IMG/VR virus record: IMGVR_UViG_3300031951_000044 | Direction: 5' to 3' (one strand) | DNA length: 52,057 nt | DNA from: a virus | Lineage: Duplodnaviria; Heunggongvirae; Uroviricota; Caudoviricetes | Shown here: in pieces, positions 8,219-18,205 of the stretch | Position numbering within the stretch: the first letter of the stretch is position 1 | Layout: each line of letters starts with the position of its first letter | Translations under genes and position numbers: made by a program | The notes under the pieces: model-generated | Told to the model about the DNA's origin: nothing | Databases searched by the model: none | Seen by the model: the letters and a program-made list of their open reading frames with translations, nothing else

Positions 8219-10558
8219 TTAAAATATATATGAAACTGCGAATTGTTGTATGCCTTCTCTTACTTGTGGCGACTGTAATTTAGAAATAACCACTAAATCT
8301 TTATCCTCATCATATAAACCAATTTCAGTAACATATGTTGAAGTATTTGCTGACCATGTTGGGTTACTACTAATTTTAAACTGATTATTTGTTAAATTAA
8401 CAACATATTTCATCTGATAAATGGTTGATTGTATATCTGTTTCAATATTACCATAGAAATAATATTCATCACCAAAATTTAAGCAATTACTGGTTTCATT
8501 AAGGTCGGGTAATGAAATGTATGAATCTAAATTATATGTTGCACCATTATCATATAACATCTTATCAATTATAAATGAAGTTGTAGTTAATGAATTAACT
8601 GTTAAATATCCAGATGATAAAGTTGAAGCGGAAACTTGATTAGTAACATCAATTTCTTTCCAGTTAGTTGGGGAAGGTCTCTGATTTCCAATAACTTTTT
8701 GAGCTAAAATTATTATTTTTTCAGCATAAAATCCGGTATTACATGTTGTACCAGTTCTTAAGAATGGAAATTCGTCACCAAATCTAACAACAATATTTTT
8801 TTGTGTTGGGTCACATTCTTGGTCTGGTCCTTGTATTACACTATAATAGTTACAATGCAATGAATTTGTAAAAGTACTATTATCAAAACGATATGTTAAC
8901 CACAAATATTCCTGATTATTAGTTAATAACCCCTCATTAATTGATGAATAGTTTTGACATAAATTTGGTGAAAGTAAACTAATATTCGGTGCTGGTAATG
9001 TCCAGTTTCTGTTTGCTTTATAAGACATTGCAGCAATAATTTCTTCATCATCAATGATTACCATTTTAGAATCCGGGTAAACCTTCCCAACCCTATTCAA
9101 ATTACCATTCGAATCTGGATTTAAATCCCAAAGATGGTAATACCTCATACCCTGAGAAACCATATCATACCTTTCAGTTACCATATAACAAACATTTAAT
9201 CCACTATAACCCGGAGGATCAATATAGAATGTTTCACCAATTGTGTTACCTGTTGTTTTGTGCCATAATAACCAAGGAATATCTAATTTAAAGTTTTGTG
9301 CTAATCCTGTTGTTCCAGATGTTTCAGCATTAAGTTCTTGTGTTGCAAATTTTTCACCATATTCAAAATCAATTCCTTGATTTGTATAATGAATTATTGC
9401 AATTGCTTTCTGGTCTTTTGGTTCAACATAAATTTGTTCATCAAAAGAATTGTAGTAAAAAGTATCCGTTGTGGTGGTAATTCCAGAAGAATTAATAAAT
9501 TTTTGACCAGAGTTTGTTTGATATCCAAAATATTCTTTTGAACCTAGATAATTTTTACTAGCAAAATAATTAACATCTTTTGTTTTTGAAGAAAAAATAC
9601 CTGCTGGCGATTCACTCCAAGGAATTGCCATATTCCAAATCTTAACATAATCATTAGAGATGTCACAACTACTTTCAAAATTTATAGTTTCAGGATTCCA
9701 ATATTGTTCGGGTGTTTCGTAATCATAAAATCCCGTAAACCCAGATGGATAAATTAATAATTGTGCTTGTCCAGTATAACCTAATGATGCTAAGTCAGGT
9801 ATTTCCCTATCCAATACAAAAACATCATTTAATATACAACATATTCTATATGTTAAGATTGGATAACTACCAAGTTCACCACAATCAGCGTTACAATCAA
9901 AAATAATCGTTACAAAATCACCAACGATGGGTACACCCTCTTCTCTTGTATTACCACTTATTACACAAGTAGTTGTTGCTGTTGTACCGGTTAAATCACA
10001 AGGACCAAGAGTGGTTGTTGACGTTGTTGTCGTTGTGGTTGTTGATGTTATTGGATCACAACAACCGGTAAAGACAATTGGTGTTGTTGTATTACAAAAC
10101 CCACTAATTACTGTTATTTTTGTTCCTCCGGTTACTGAGGATAAATCAATATAATAATTTGATGTTACTAAATATCCCGCTTGAGTTATTGCAGACCAAG
10201 ACCCACTAGAACCAGTAAAAAATCCTCTAGATGGGACATTTTCAAATACAGAATCAAAGTCTGAACTCATATAAGGTAAACCATAAGTATTATTTAGATT
10301 TTCATCTAAATAAAACGGATATTTAATATTTGCTTTATTACTTTCAGGTATACCTGTGTCATTTTGTGAATTAAATTGTGGTTGTAAAATAAAATTATCA
10401 CTTTGATTATATCCAGAAATGGCATTATAAAATATCTCGCTATCACCGACTTGGAAATATTTTATTTTAAATTTCCCTTGTGATAGTTTTCTTCTACCCA
10501 CATCTGTAATCTGGGTATTTACTATTTTATTTGTATTTTTTAAAATATATGACATCAA
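8219..10558 (-). CDS. Virion structural protein, tail-collar/baseplate-like, paralogue 2
   Basis: Colinear with 5864..8215 (e.g. shared IPWSESPAGIFSS and IIDDEEIIAAMSYKANRNWTLPAP); poly-Thr linker. Confidence 0.6.
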   Translation of the reverse strand: MMSYILKNTNKIVNTQITDVGRRKLSQGKFKIKYFQVGDSEIFYNAISGYNQSDNFILQPQFNSQNDTGIPESNKANIKYPFYLDENLNNTYGLPYMSSDFDSVFENVPSRGFFTGSSGSWSAITQAGYLVTSNYYIDLSSVTGGTKITVISGFCNTTTPIVFTGCCDPITSTTTTTTTSTTTLGPCDLTGTTATTTCVISGNTREEGVPIVGDFVTIIFDCNADCGELGSYPILTYRICCILNDVFVLDREIPDLASLGYTGQAQLLIYPSGFTGFYDYETPEQYWNPETINFESSCDISNDYVKIWNMAIPWSESPAGIFSSKTKDVNYFASKNYLGSKEYFGYQTNSGQKFINSSGITTTTDTFYYNSFDEQIYVEPKDQKAIAIIHYTNQGIDFEYGEKFATQELNAETSGTTGLAQNFKLDIPWLLWHKTTGNTIGETFYIDPPGYSGLNVCYMVTERYDMVSQGMRYYHLWDLNPDSNGNLNRVGKVYPDSKMVIIDDEEIIAAMSYKANRNWTLPAPNISLLSPNLCQNYSSINEGLLTNNQEYLWLTYRFDNSTFTNSLHCNYYSVIQGPDQECDPTQKNIVVRFGDEFPFLRTGTTCNTGFYAEKIIILAQKVIGNQRPSPTNWKEIDVTNQVSASTLSSGYLTVNSLTTTSFIIDKMLYDNGATYNLDSYISLPDLNETSNCLNFGDEYYFYGNIETDIQSTIYQMKYVVNLTNNQFKISSNPTWSANTSTYVTEIGLYDEDKDLVVISKLQSPQVREGIQQFAVSYIF

Positions 10559-10577
10559 TATCCTTTACTATAATTAT

Positions 10578-12479
10578 TTAGATTCTCGTTTGTTCCCATA
10601 AAAATTCAATAGAATTTGCATTTAATGGAATAACATATGAATATGTTGTTGAGCATGTACCTAAACCACCATTTAATGTCGTTAAAGTAGTATATGCGCC
10701 AGAATTTATAGAAACCTTTAATGTTCCAAATATTTTTGCACATGCACCACCACTTAAAAGCCCACCTAATTGTAACCATAAATTTATAATACCCCCTCTT
10801 GTTCCAGCTTGTACCGTTAATTGATTTGTGGTAACTCCGGTTAATGGTCCACCATTTACAGTATTTGCTAATGGGAAGCAACTAGTATTTTGTATTAAAC
10901 AACCTGTTGTAAAATTATATGATATTTTTGGTGTTGTACCCGGAGATGTTGGGTTATTTACATTTCCGCCATATGTAAATCCACTAAGTGCTGATTCGGT
11001 ATTTGTTAACCATTTGTTTGTAAATGATATATTTAATGGCGGTAAAATATAATTTAAATTGTTTGTGAATTGTGTATTTTTTACCAATCCGGAACTAATT
11101 GAGCGACATTTTTGTGGTGTGATTGTTAAATTTTTAGTTCCATATGACACAAGATTATTTGCTGACGATGTACAACCTAATACAGACGATGTTGCTGATA
11201 ATGATGTGTTTGAATATACACTACCACTTAATGTATCACCATATGTTAATGAAACAGAATTATATTGTGTTATAGACGTTACAGATGTTAGTGTATTTGC
11301 TGAACAAACGCCGGAACCAACGGTGGTATTAGTTATTGTAGACGTTAAACCTGTTAATAAATTACCGTTTTTATATAATAATAAGTTATTTGTAAATACA
11401 GCATTACCCGGAGACTGAAAACTAGTATTAGTTCTAAAGTCAAAATCAAAAGTTAAAGTTTCACCAACTTGTAATATTGGGTTTGGTGTGATTACAAATG
11501 GTATAATTTCTTTCGTTTGTGAGAATTGCTGAATTATATCATAAACATTAGTTGGTGGTGTATATACTGTTGTTGGACTTGTTGTTGAGAAGTTCAAACT
11601 AAAAGTTCTTGTATTTGTTGTGTTCGATACAACCACAACATCAGATTTTGTTAAATTTGTTACAGTATCTTTAATTACTATTGTATATGACCCAGAATCT
11701 AAATTACTAAAAACAGGAGATGATTGATAGGTTAATCCACCATTTTTTGAAAATAAATAAGAACCGGAACCACCATTAGGGGTTACAATTATTGATCCGT
11801 CTTTTGAAGATTGACAAGCTGAATTTGTTATCGACCTAGAAAATGTTGCTGTCTGAGAACCGCAATTTCCCACCACAGCATAAACCTCAGGTCTATAATT
11901 TGAACCTTCAACCAACCAAGATAATGGTGGATTAGCCGTTGGTGGGTCATTTGCATATGTAATACCAGCATTGTAGCCTAATGGTGCGGTATAACCATCA
12001 AAAATCCATCTATTAGTTATTATATCATAATAAACTGTTAATGTGCTTGATGTCCAAGAATTATATCCATTTATAATATTTCCGGCTTGGAATGTAAAAT
12101 TATCACAGATATTAGTTTTACATCTACTTAAACAAAAAGTAACACCTGAGGTATAAGGTATTGTTGTTGTCGTTGTTGTATATGTTGTTGTGGTTGTTGT
12201 TGGTTGTATTAAAACACAAGTGGTAACTGAGGTAAAATCACCGTAATAATCTGTAACGGTTGCGGTATATTCACCACCACCAAGACCATATAAAGTTTGA
12301 CTTGTTGCACCATTACTCCATTGTATATTATATGGTGCTGTTCCCCCTGTAATTATTAATGACGCGATACCGTCAAGTGCAAGTGATGTTGACGGATTTG
12401 TTGTATTACACTCAACACCCAGTGGAAAAATTGTTACCACTTTACATTCATTAGTTGTTCCGCTACCTATTAATCCCAT
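10578..12479 (-). CDS. SprB-repeat-containing fibre/adhesin-like protein
   Basis: ITGGTAPYNIQWSNGATSQTLYGLGGGEYTATVTD and NGGSGSYLFS...SNLDSGSYTIVIKD are SprB-type beta-sandwich repeats; poly-Thr linker. Confidence 0.7.
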   Translation of the reverse strand: MGLIGSGTTNECKVVTIFPLGVECNTTNPSTSLALDGIASLIITGGTAPYNIQWSNGATSQTLYGLGGGEYTATVTDYYGDFTSVTTCVLIQPTTTTTTYTTTTTTIPYTSGVTFCLSRCKTNICDNFTFQAGNIINGYNSWTSSTLTVYYDIITNRWIFDGYTAPLGYNAGITYANDPPTANPPLSWLVEGSNYRPEVYAVVGNCGSQTATFSRSITNSACQSSKDGSIIVTPNGGSGSYLFSKNGGLTYQSSPVFSNLDSGSYTIVIKDTVTNLTKSDVVVVSNTTNTRTFSLNFSTTSPTTVYTPPTNVYDIIQQFSQTKEIIPFVITPNPILQVGETLTFDFDFRTNTSFQSPGNAVFTNNLLLYKNGNLLTGLTSTITNTTVGSGVCSANTLTSVTSITQYNSVSLTYGDTLSGSVYSNTSLSATSSVLGCTSSANNLVSYGTKNLTITPQKCRSISSGLVKNTQFTNNLNYILPPLNISFTNKWLTNTESALSGFTYGGNVNNPTSPGTTPKISYNFTTGCLIQNTSCFPLANTVNGGPLTGVTTNQLTVQAGTRGGIINLWLQLGGLLSGGACAKIFGTLKVSINSGAYTTLTTLNGGLGTCSTTYSYVIPLNANSIEFLWEQTRI

Positions 12480-12480
12480 T

Positions 12481-12693
12481 TTATGGTGTTTGACAATTTA
12501 TTATTTCACATCCATTACCATCCACCGCTTTAATACAAAAAGTTTCCATAATATCATACGGTGGTGGTATAATAAAATCATATGGTAATGATGAAATTGT
12601 TGCTATCCAAAAACAGTTATCTTCATCAGAATCACAAACATAAATATCATATGGTGTCTGACCTGTTATATTATTTATTGTTACTTGTATCAT
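12481..12693 (-). CDS. Small Cys-containing virion protein (single beta-domain)
   Basis: 70 aa; similar to the N-terminus of 23202..23999; ATGA overlap with downstream gene. Confidence 0.65.
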   Translation of the reverse strand: MIQVTINNITGQTPYDIYVCDSDEDNCFWIATISSLPYDFIIPPPYDIMETFCIKAVDGNGCEIINCQTP

Positions 12694-15326
12694 GATTCAC
12701 AAGGGGTTTGATCTGTTGTTATATTAACAAAATTAGGATTGATATTTTCATCAATAACTATTGTATTTAAACAAGCACAAATTGTGACAGTTGTTGTCGA
12801 TGGACCAAGACCACCTCTACCTAATATTGAATTTATTAATGTGTTATTACAATCAATATAAGTAAACGGTACTTCAAGTGTAGAATAATTGCTTAAAGTA
12901 TATGTAACACATTCGCAATCAGGACATGGACATTCCGAATCTATTGAGTTAAAACACAACCCAATTGGATTAACATAGTCATTATCACAAACAGGACAAA
13001 TTGGGTTTTGTCCAACGCCTAACTGACCGTATGAATTGGTACCCCATGTAAATATTGTACCATTAATATCTTTTGCGAAAAAAACTAAGTTTTGAGTTCC
13101 AATGCCGCCTTGTTCCGCTTGACCACCAGCCCAGACATAACACCAATCATTTTTTGTTTCTAAATTAATTCTATCAATATTGTCTTGTAAAAGTGTTTTT
13201 ACATTTGATCCATATCCTTCACCCCAAGTCCAAATTCTGTCACCATTTAAATTCGGTGTCCAATTCACACCATTTGGTGCAGTAAATGGTGCAAAATTTA
13301 AAGTTATACCAGACGTAATGGCTAATGTCATATCACCAACAGCTATTACTGATGTATATCCTGAATTTGTATTAGCACCTTCAGATTGAGAACTTGGTGG
13401 ATTTACAGAAATTCCACCATCCATAGGAAACGGTCTTGAATTATCAACCGAACCACAATTAAAGCAATCTAACTGACCTTGGGTATTTTGTCCCCATCCC
13501 CATATTGATGTGTTATCAGCTAATGCAACGGAATGATAATTTCCTGCGGATATTTGATTAAACACAACACTATTTGAATATAATGGGTATGTTGGTATTG
13601 TAATTTGTGTTGGTATTTGAGCTTCTTGATTAGCTGGTCCCGCACCTAATCCTAATGGGTTTCTCTGAGGAATTGTTAAATTAGTTCCCCAAGAATAAAT
13701 AGTTCCATTATTTTTCAAACCAAGCGTATGAAATAATCCTCTAGCAATTTCTTCCCAATCTGTATCAGAACCAATCTGTGTAAATTGCATTTTATCTAAA
13801 TTATCACCTAAACCTAATTGATATTTTTCATTAAAACCTGTTCCCCAAATTGTACCATTACTTCTAAGAGCAATTGTTGCTGTATTTTTTGACCATATTT
13901 TTAACCACCCATTTGGGGTTGGTGAGGTGACTTGAGTTAATGTATCAATATTAGATATACCATCGTTTAATCCTAGTTGATCTCCACCATTATTTGAGGA
14001 AGAATTACCGCAAACAAATAAATCCCCATTTGAATTGATTGCAAATGTTGATTCTAAACCAGCTTCTACATAAACCCAAGGGTATGCACCACTTGTTGGG
14101 TCTATCATTTGTTGTGGTATATAGAAAGAACCGCCAGTATATCCTAAACCTAATTGACCAACTGAATTGCTTCCCCAAGAAAATAATGTATCACCACTAA
14201 TACCCACCGTATGTCTATCACCAACTGAAATCATTGTAAATCCACAATCAGAACAAGTTGGTTCTGGTGTTGGTGTTGGGGGAGGACCATCGGGAATTGG
14301 TATACAACTACTATCACAAGATGTTATTAAAACAATTCTAAATTGACCATTACCCGCACTCCAAGTATTATTACCCAATAGTGTTTTAGGAGTTATTATA
14401 GAACATGCACAAATTTGTATTGATTCACCAGCATTTAAATTTGTTATAATTTTTGGTTGATTATTACAATCATTATACACAAAATTATCATTTCCAAATA
14501 TTCTACCAATTTGGTATCTATCGCAACAATTACAGGTACAACCAGTATAAATTGTTGTTATACAAGTTGCAGTAAGCGTATTTGCGCTTAACATGTATCC
14601 TGACGGACATCCCGCCTTAACAAAAGGTCCAGTTTTTCCTGCTGTGGTTAATAAAGAATTTGTACTATAAATAATATCCAAATCATTATCATTAGTCGCA
14701 TTAATAATTTCAGAATATGTGCTATCATATATTACTAAACCAACCGCATTTTGAATAATACCTGACGAAGTAATTGTTAAATTAATATGATTATCACAAG
14801 ATAGTAAAGTAATTGGAATTATGTGCCAAAATCTATGATAGAGTTGTGAATTTGAACCAATTATAGACGCATCACCAGATAAAATAATATCATTATTTAT
14901 TGTTAAATTTATTTGTCCTGTTGGATAAATCCAAGCCCCAAAACCTAGATAATACTGATTTGTTGTTCCTGAATTATAAAAATAATAACTAAGAGTTAAT
15001 TCACCTGAAATTATTTCTGTTGACCCATTGCAATCTCCGTCATACCAAACAGCTTGTCTATTCATGGGACCAAAAATTGAATTTCCTGTTGATCCCCACT
15101 GAGTTGCTGGTGAAGTTAAATTCGCTTGAATACCCAAAAATCCGGGGTCAGATGGAAATTCAGCATAAATCGATTCATTAGTAAAATTTGTATTATAGAT
15201 TCTTGTACCATTAATACTATATTGAACATTATCTACTTTAGATAAACAACCAATAGTACTTGCTGTTACACTAGTAGTGTTTGAAGAAAAGCAATAAGAA
15301 CCACCACTACAATATTGATAAGACAT
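12690..15326 (-). CDS. RCC1-repeat (beta-propeller) fibre/receptor-binding-like protein
   Basis: SVGDRHTVGI..LFSWGSNSVGQLGLG; IARGLFHTLGLKNNGTIYSWG; ISAGNYHSVALADNTSIWGWGQNTQGQL; TWGTNSYGQLGVG. Confidence 0.8.
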   Translation of the reverse strand: MSYQYCSGGSYCFSSNTTSVTASTIGCLSKVDNVQYSINGTRIYNTNFTNESIYAEFPSDPGFLGIQANLTSPATQWGSTGNSIFGPMNRQAVWYDGDCNGSTEIISGELTLSYYFYNSGTTNQYYLGFGAWIYPTGQINLTINNDIILSGDASIIGSNSQLYHRFWHIIPITLLSCDNHINLTITSSGIIQNAVGLVIYDSTYSEIINATNDNDLDIIYSTNSLLTTAGKTGPFVKAGCPSGYMLSANTLTATCITTIYTGCTCNCCDRYQIGRIFGNDNFVYNDCNNQPKIITNLNAGESIQICACSIITPKTLLGNNTWSAGNGQFRIVLITSCDSSCIPIPDGPPPTPTPEPTCSDCGFTMISVGDRHTVGISGDTLFSWGSNSVGQLGLGYTGGSFYIPQQMIDPTSGAYPWVYVEAGLESTFAINSNGDLFVCGNSSSNNGGDQLGLNDGISNIDTLTQVTSPTPNGWLKIWSKNTATIALRSNGTIWGTGFNEKYQLGLGDNLDKMQFTQIGSDTDWEEIARGLFHTLGLKNNGTIYSWGTNLTIPQRNPLGLGAGPANQEAQIPTQITIPTYPLYSNSVVFNQISAGNYHSVALADNTSIWGWGQNTQGQLDCFNCGSVDNSRPFPMDGGISVNPPSSQSEGANTNSGYTSVIAVGDMTLAITSGITLNFAPFTAPNGVNWTPNLNGDRIWTWGEGYGSNVKTLLQDNIDRINLETKNDWCYVWAGGQAEQGGIGTQNLVFFAKDINGTIFTWGTNSYGQLGVGQNPICPVCDNDYVNPIGLCFNSIDSECPCPDCECVTYTLSNYSTLEVPFTYIDCNNTLINSILGRGGLGPSTTTVTICACLNTIVIDENINPNFVNITTDQTPCES

Positions 15327-15349
15327 TATATTTTAGTTTTTTTAACCAT

Positions 15350-17200
15350 TTATGGACAACAATCTGTTGTAGTTGATGTTGTTGTGGTTGTTGCCGGAAC
15401 GCAGTTATTACAATCGCAGAATACCGCATTAATTTCAGTCACAACAGTATTTGGTGAAATATTCATAACATCCTCAAGATAAGTTGCACAATCATATTCA
15501 CCATTAAATAATGCATTAATCGTTTCTCCAGTCTGAACGTATGTTGTTCCGGTAACTAAATTATCAACAGTATAATAAATTTGTCCTGTTGTACAACTTT
15601 GTAATTTTTTAACAACATCAGGACAAATAAATACGGTATTAACTAATTCAAATACACTACTACCGCTAAGTCCAACTGTTGGTACTGTTGTTGTTGATGT
15701 GGTTGTTGTCGTTGTAATTGATGTTATTGCTGTAATTGTTATATCAATACTTGTTGCTGAACATGGATTTGGTAATGGTGTCGATGTTGGTACCGGTGTT
15801 GGTGTGGGTGTAATGGCGTTATCGCATATTGTGTATGATAAACAATTACCACTACAAGATTGATAGACATAACCAGATGGACATGTGTAGCCTGAAGTTA
15901 AATAAGTAAACCCAGAATCAGCAACCAAATCAAAAATACCGCCAATTTGTGAAGATGTTGTATAAATAATATTTAAATCACTATAAACCGTTGCTGCGGT
16001 CAATTCAGATAATGTATTATCATAAATTTCGCAACCAAATGCCGCATCGGAACTAGTATTTAAACCAAATAATTCAATGACGTTTGTTCCCTGAGGAACA
16101 TCAATAGGATAAACATGCCAATATTTGAATGATGTTGTATCATTCCAAATAGATTGAACAACTGTTTGCCCGTTAAGTCTAAATGAGAACTTATTATCAG
16201 CACCTAGACCAACATAATAAGTTTTTGCCGATGTTGATTCAATGCAGAAAGAATAACCAATCCAAGTATCCTCTGGTAAATCTGTTCCACCTGTTAATGT
16301 TGTCCAAATACCCGATCTATTTAATGGACCATCTATTATAGTATTTCCTGAAGTATTTCCCGTATTTTCCCAAACTGTTGTTCCTGTTAAATATGAAACA
16401 GTGGTACCAGTACCGTCAATTGAATAACCCGAATCATAAATAAAAGTTCCAAATTCTGAATATTCAAAATAAGTTTGACTAATTGCACTGTAAGTGGTTG
16501 CTGAATTTGGTGTTGTTGCCGCCGTTGTCTGAATACAAACACATGATGTACCAGTATATGGTTGCCAATCACAAGAAGATGGTGAGCATATACAACATAT
16601 TTGACAAGGTGTTGGCGTTGGTGTGCAATCAAAAATCGCATCAAAATTAATTAGACACGTAGTTGTTGTGGTTGTCGTTGGGCATTGACCTGTAAAAAAT
16701 ATATCATCACATATATCTGGACATATTGATTGACAAGGTTCAGCACCAAATAAAATACATGAACCACCCAATGAACTAGACAAACACCATTTATTACCGT
16801 CATAATAAACAACTGCGGTTACTCCACTTGTTGTTGCAGTATAAAAATAATTACCATTATATGAACCAACCACTTGATAATCACCGTCATAACTTATTGT
16901 ATCTACAAAATTTGTATTTAAGCAATATTTTCCAATATCACAAAGAGTATTAGCACTTAAACACTCTTCACATGAAGTATATGTCGCTGTTACTGTAACA
17001 AAAGAACCCTCAAAGGTATATCCGGAGCCTGAAAAATTTACGACAGTAGAACAACCAGAGTATGGTTGCGCTCCATTCGATGTGTTTCCGGTATATTCAA
17101 TAAAATATGTTGACCCTGTTGATAGGGAGGTTAACGTATATGCACTTAAAATGAATAGATAATCATTATTTGCACAATCTCTAAGTTGATAATCAGCCAT
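15350..17200 (-). CDS. Cys/Thr-rich virion structural protein with mucin-like linkers
   Basis: 616 aa; several poly-Thr and PTPTP tracts, many Cys; internal domain shared with 12690..15326. Confidence 0.65.
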   Translation of the reverse strand: MADYQLRDCANNDYLFILSAYTLTSLSTGSTYFIEYTGNTSNGAQPYSGCSTVVNFSGSGYTFEGSFVTVTATYTSCEECLSANTLCDIGKYCLNTNFVDTISYDGDYQVVGSYNGNYFYTATTSGVTAVVYYDGNKWCLSSSLGGSCILFGAEPCQSICPDICDDIFFTGQCPTTTTTTTCLINFDAIFDCTPTPTPCQICCICSPSSCDWQPYTGTSCVCIQTTAATTPNSATTYSAISQTYFEYSEFGTFIYDSGYSIDGTGTTVSYLTGTTVWENTGNTSGNTIIDGPLNRSGIWTTLTGGTDLPEDTWIGYSFCIESTSAKTYYVGLGADNKFSFRLNGQTVVQSIWNDTTSFKYWHVYPIDVPQGTNVIELFGLNTSSDAAFGCEIYDNTLSELTAATVYSDLNIIYTTSSQIGGIFDLVADSGFTYLTSGYTCPSGYVYQSCSGNCLSYTICDNAITPTPTPVPTSTPLPNPCSATSIDITITAITSITTTTTTSTTTVPTVGLSGSSVFELVNTVFICPDVVKKLQSCTTGQIYYTVDNLVTGTTYVQTGETINALFNGEYDCATYLEDVMNISPNTVVTEINAVFCDCNNCVPATTTTTSTTTDCCP

Positions 17201-17224
17201 ATTCTATTCTTTAAACATAAATAA

Positions 17225-18205
17225 TCAGTAACCTTGTTTTTTAACAAGCAACCTCATATTTTCAACGTATTTATATGTTGCATTATTTTTATCAACATAA
17301 TCAAAAAAATCAATATTATTTCTTAATGAGTCTAACGGATTTTTATTAATAAAATCCGCCTTATAAAATCTTTCGTTTTTTTGTTGTTCGGTAATTCCAG
17401 CTAAATGAAAAATTGGGTTTGTTTCATATTTGTGAATGTCATCGGTTGCCCAAGAAAAATTTAATTCATTCACCACTTCGGTTTTATACCCCGCATACCA
17501 CATATTCCATAGAATGGACCACATTTCAGCGGTCCAAAATTGTATTTCACCGGGAGAAATTGGATATTTTTTATGAAAACTTAAAAGTTTATCATATAAT
17601 TCAGTTGAATCTTTATGGATTTTATCCCATAATTTCCATTCTTGTTTTTTAAAAACATATTGAGCACCGCCTGAATTTTTTTGATTTATCCTTATTGTTT
17701 CAGGATGTAATCCAATAACTTCCGACATTTCATCGATTAATTTATTTTCAGATAATATTGGATGTTTTTGTTCATATCTTTTAGAACATTCATTTAAGTA
17801 ACTATAACCTATATATCCAACAGTATCAGACATATAAATAATATCGTCATCTAAAAGTTTTGAAAAATTAGGAATTCTGGTTAATAGAATATCGGAATCA
17901 TGTAAAAAAAATAAATTACCTCTGCTTGGTTCTTCTTTTAACCACTTTGAAATTAAAAATGGTTTTATGCTTGGAATATAATGAGTTTTTTCTCTATCAT
18001 CTTTGTAAAAATGAACATTACCATATTTTAATTTTAGCGTCCTAGCACCCTTAGATGGTTTGTCCGCGCCATTATGAAGAGAAAAAATAACATGAATATT
18101 TTCTGGGGGTACTCCCTTTTCAATAAAATTATTTATATATACCTCTGCTTGCCAATGGAAGTAAGGTACATCATGTTGTGCCGATACAAATAATAATTCA
18201 CTCAA
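17225..18205 (-). CDS. GT-A fold glycosyltransferase, resembling plant GT95/GT96 protein O-glycosyltransferases
   Basis: DxD-type HDSD after a hydrophobic strand; YFHWQ, IKPFLISKWL and WTAEMW parallel the Y..WQ / N(R/K)P....WL / W..EMY blocks recalled for HPAT/SERGT enzymes. The GT call is fairly firm; the family call is tentative. Confidence 0.6.
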   Translation of the reverse strand: MSELLFVSAQHDVPYFHWQAEVYINNFIEKGVPPENIHVIFSLHNGADKPSKGARTLKLKYGNVHFYKDDREKTHYIPSIKPFLISKWLKEEPSRGNLFFLHDSDILLTRIPNFSKLLDDDIIYMSDTVGYIGYSYLNECSKRYEQKHPILSENKLIDEMSEVIGLHPETIRINQKNSGGAQYVFKKQEWKLWDKIHKDSTELYDKLLSFHKKYPISPGEIQFWTAEMWSILWNMWYAGYKTEVVNELNFSWATDDIHKYETNPIFHLAGITEQQKNERFYKADFINKNPLDSLRNNIDFFDYVDKNNATYKYVENMRLLVKKQGY

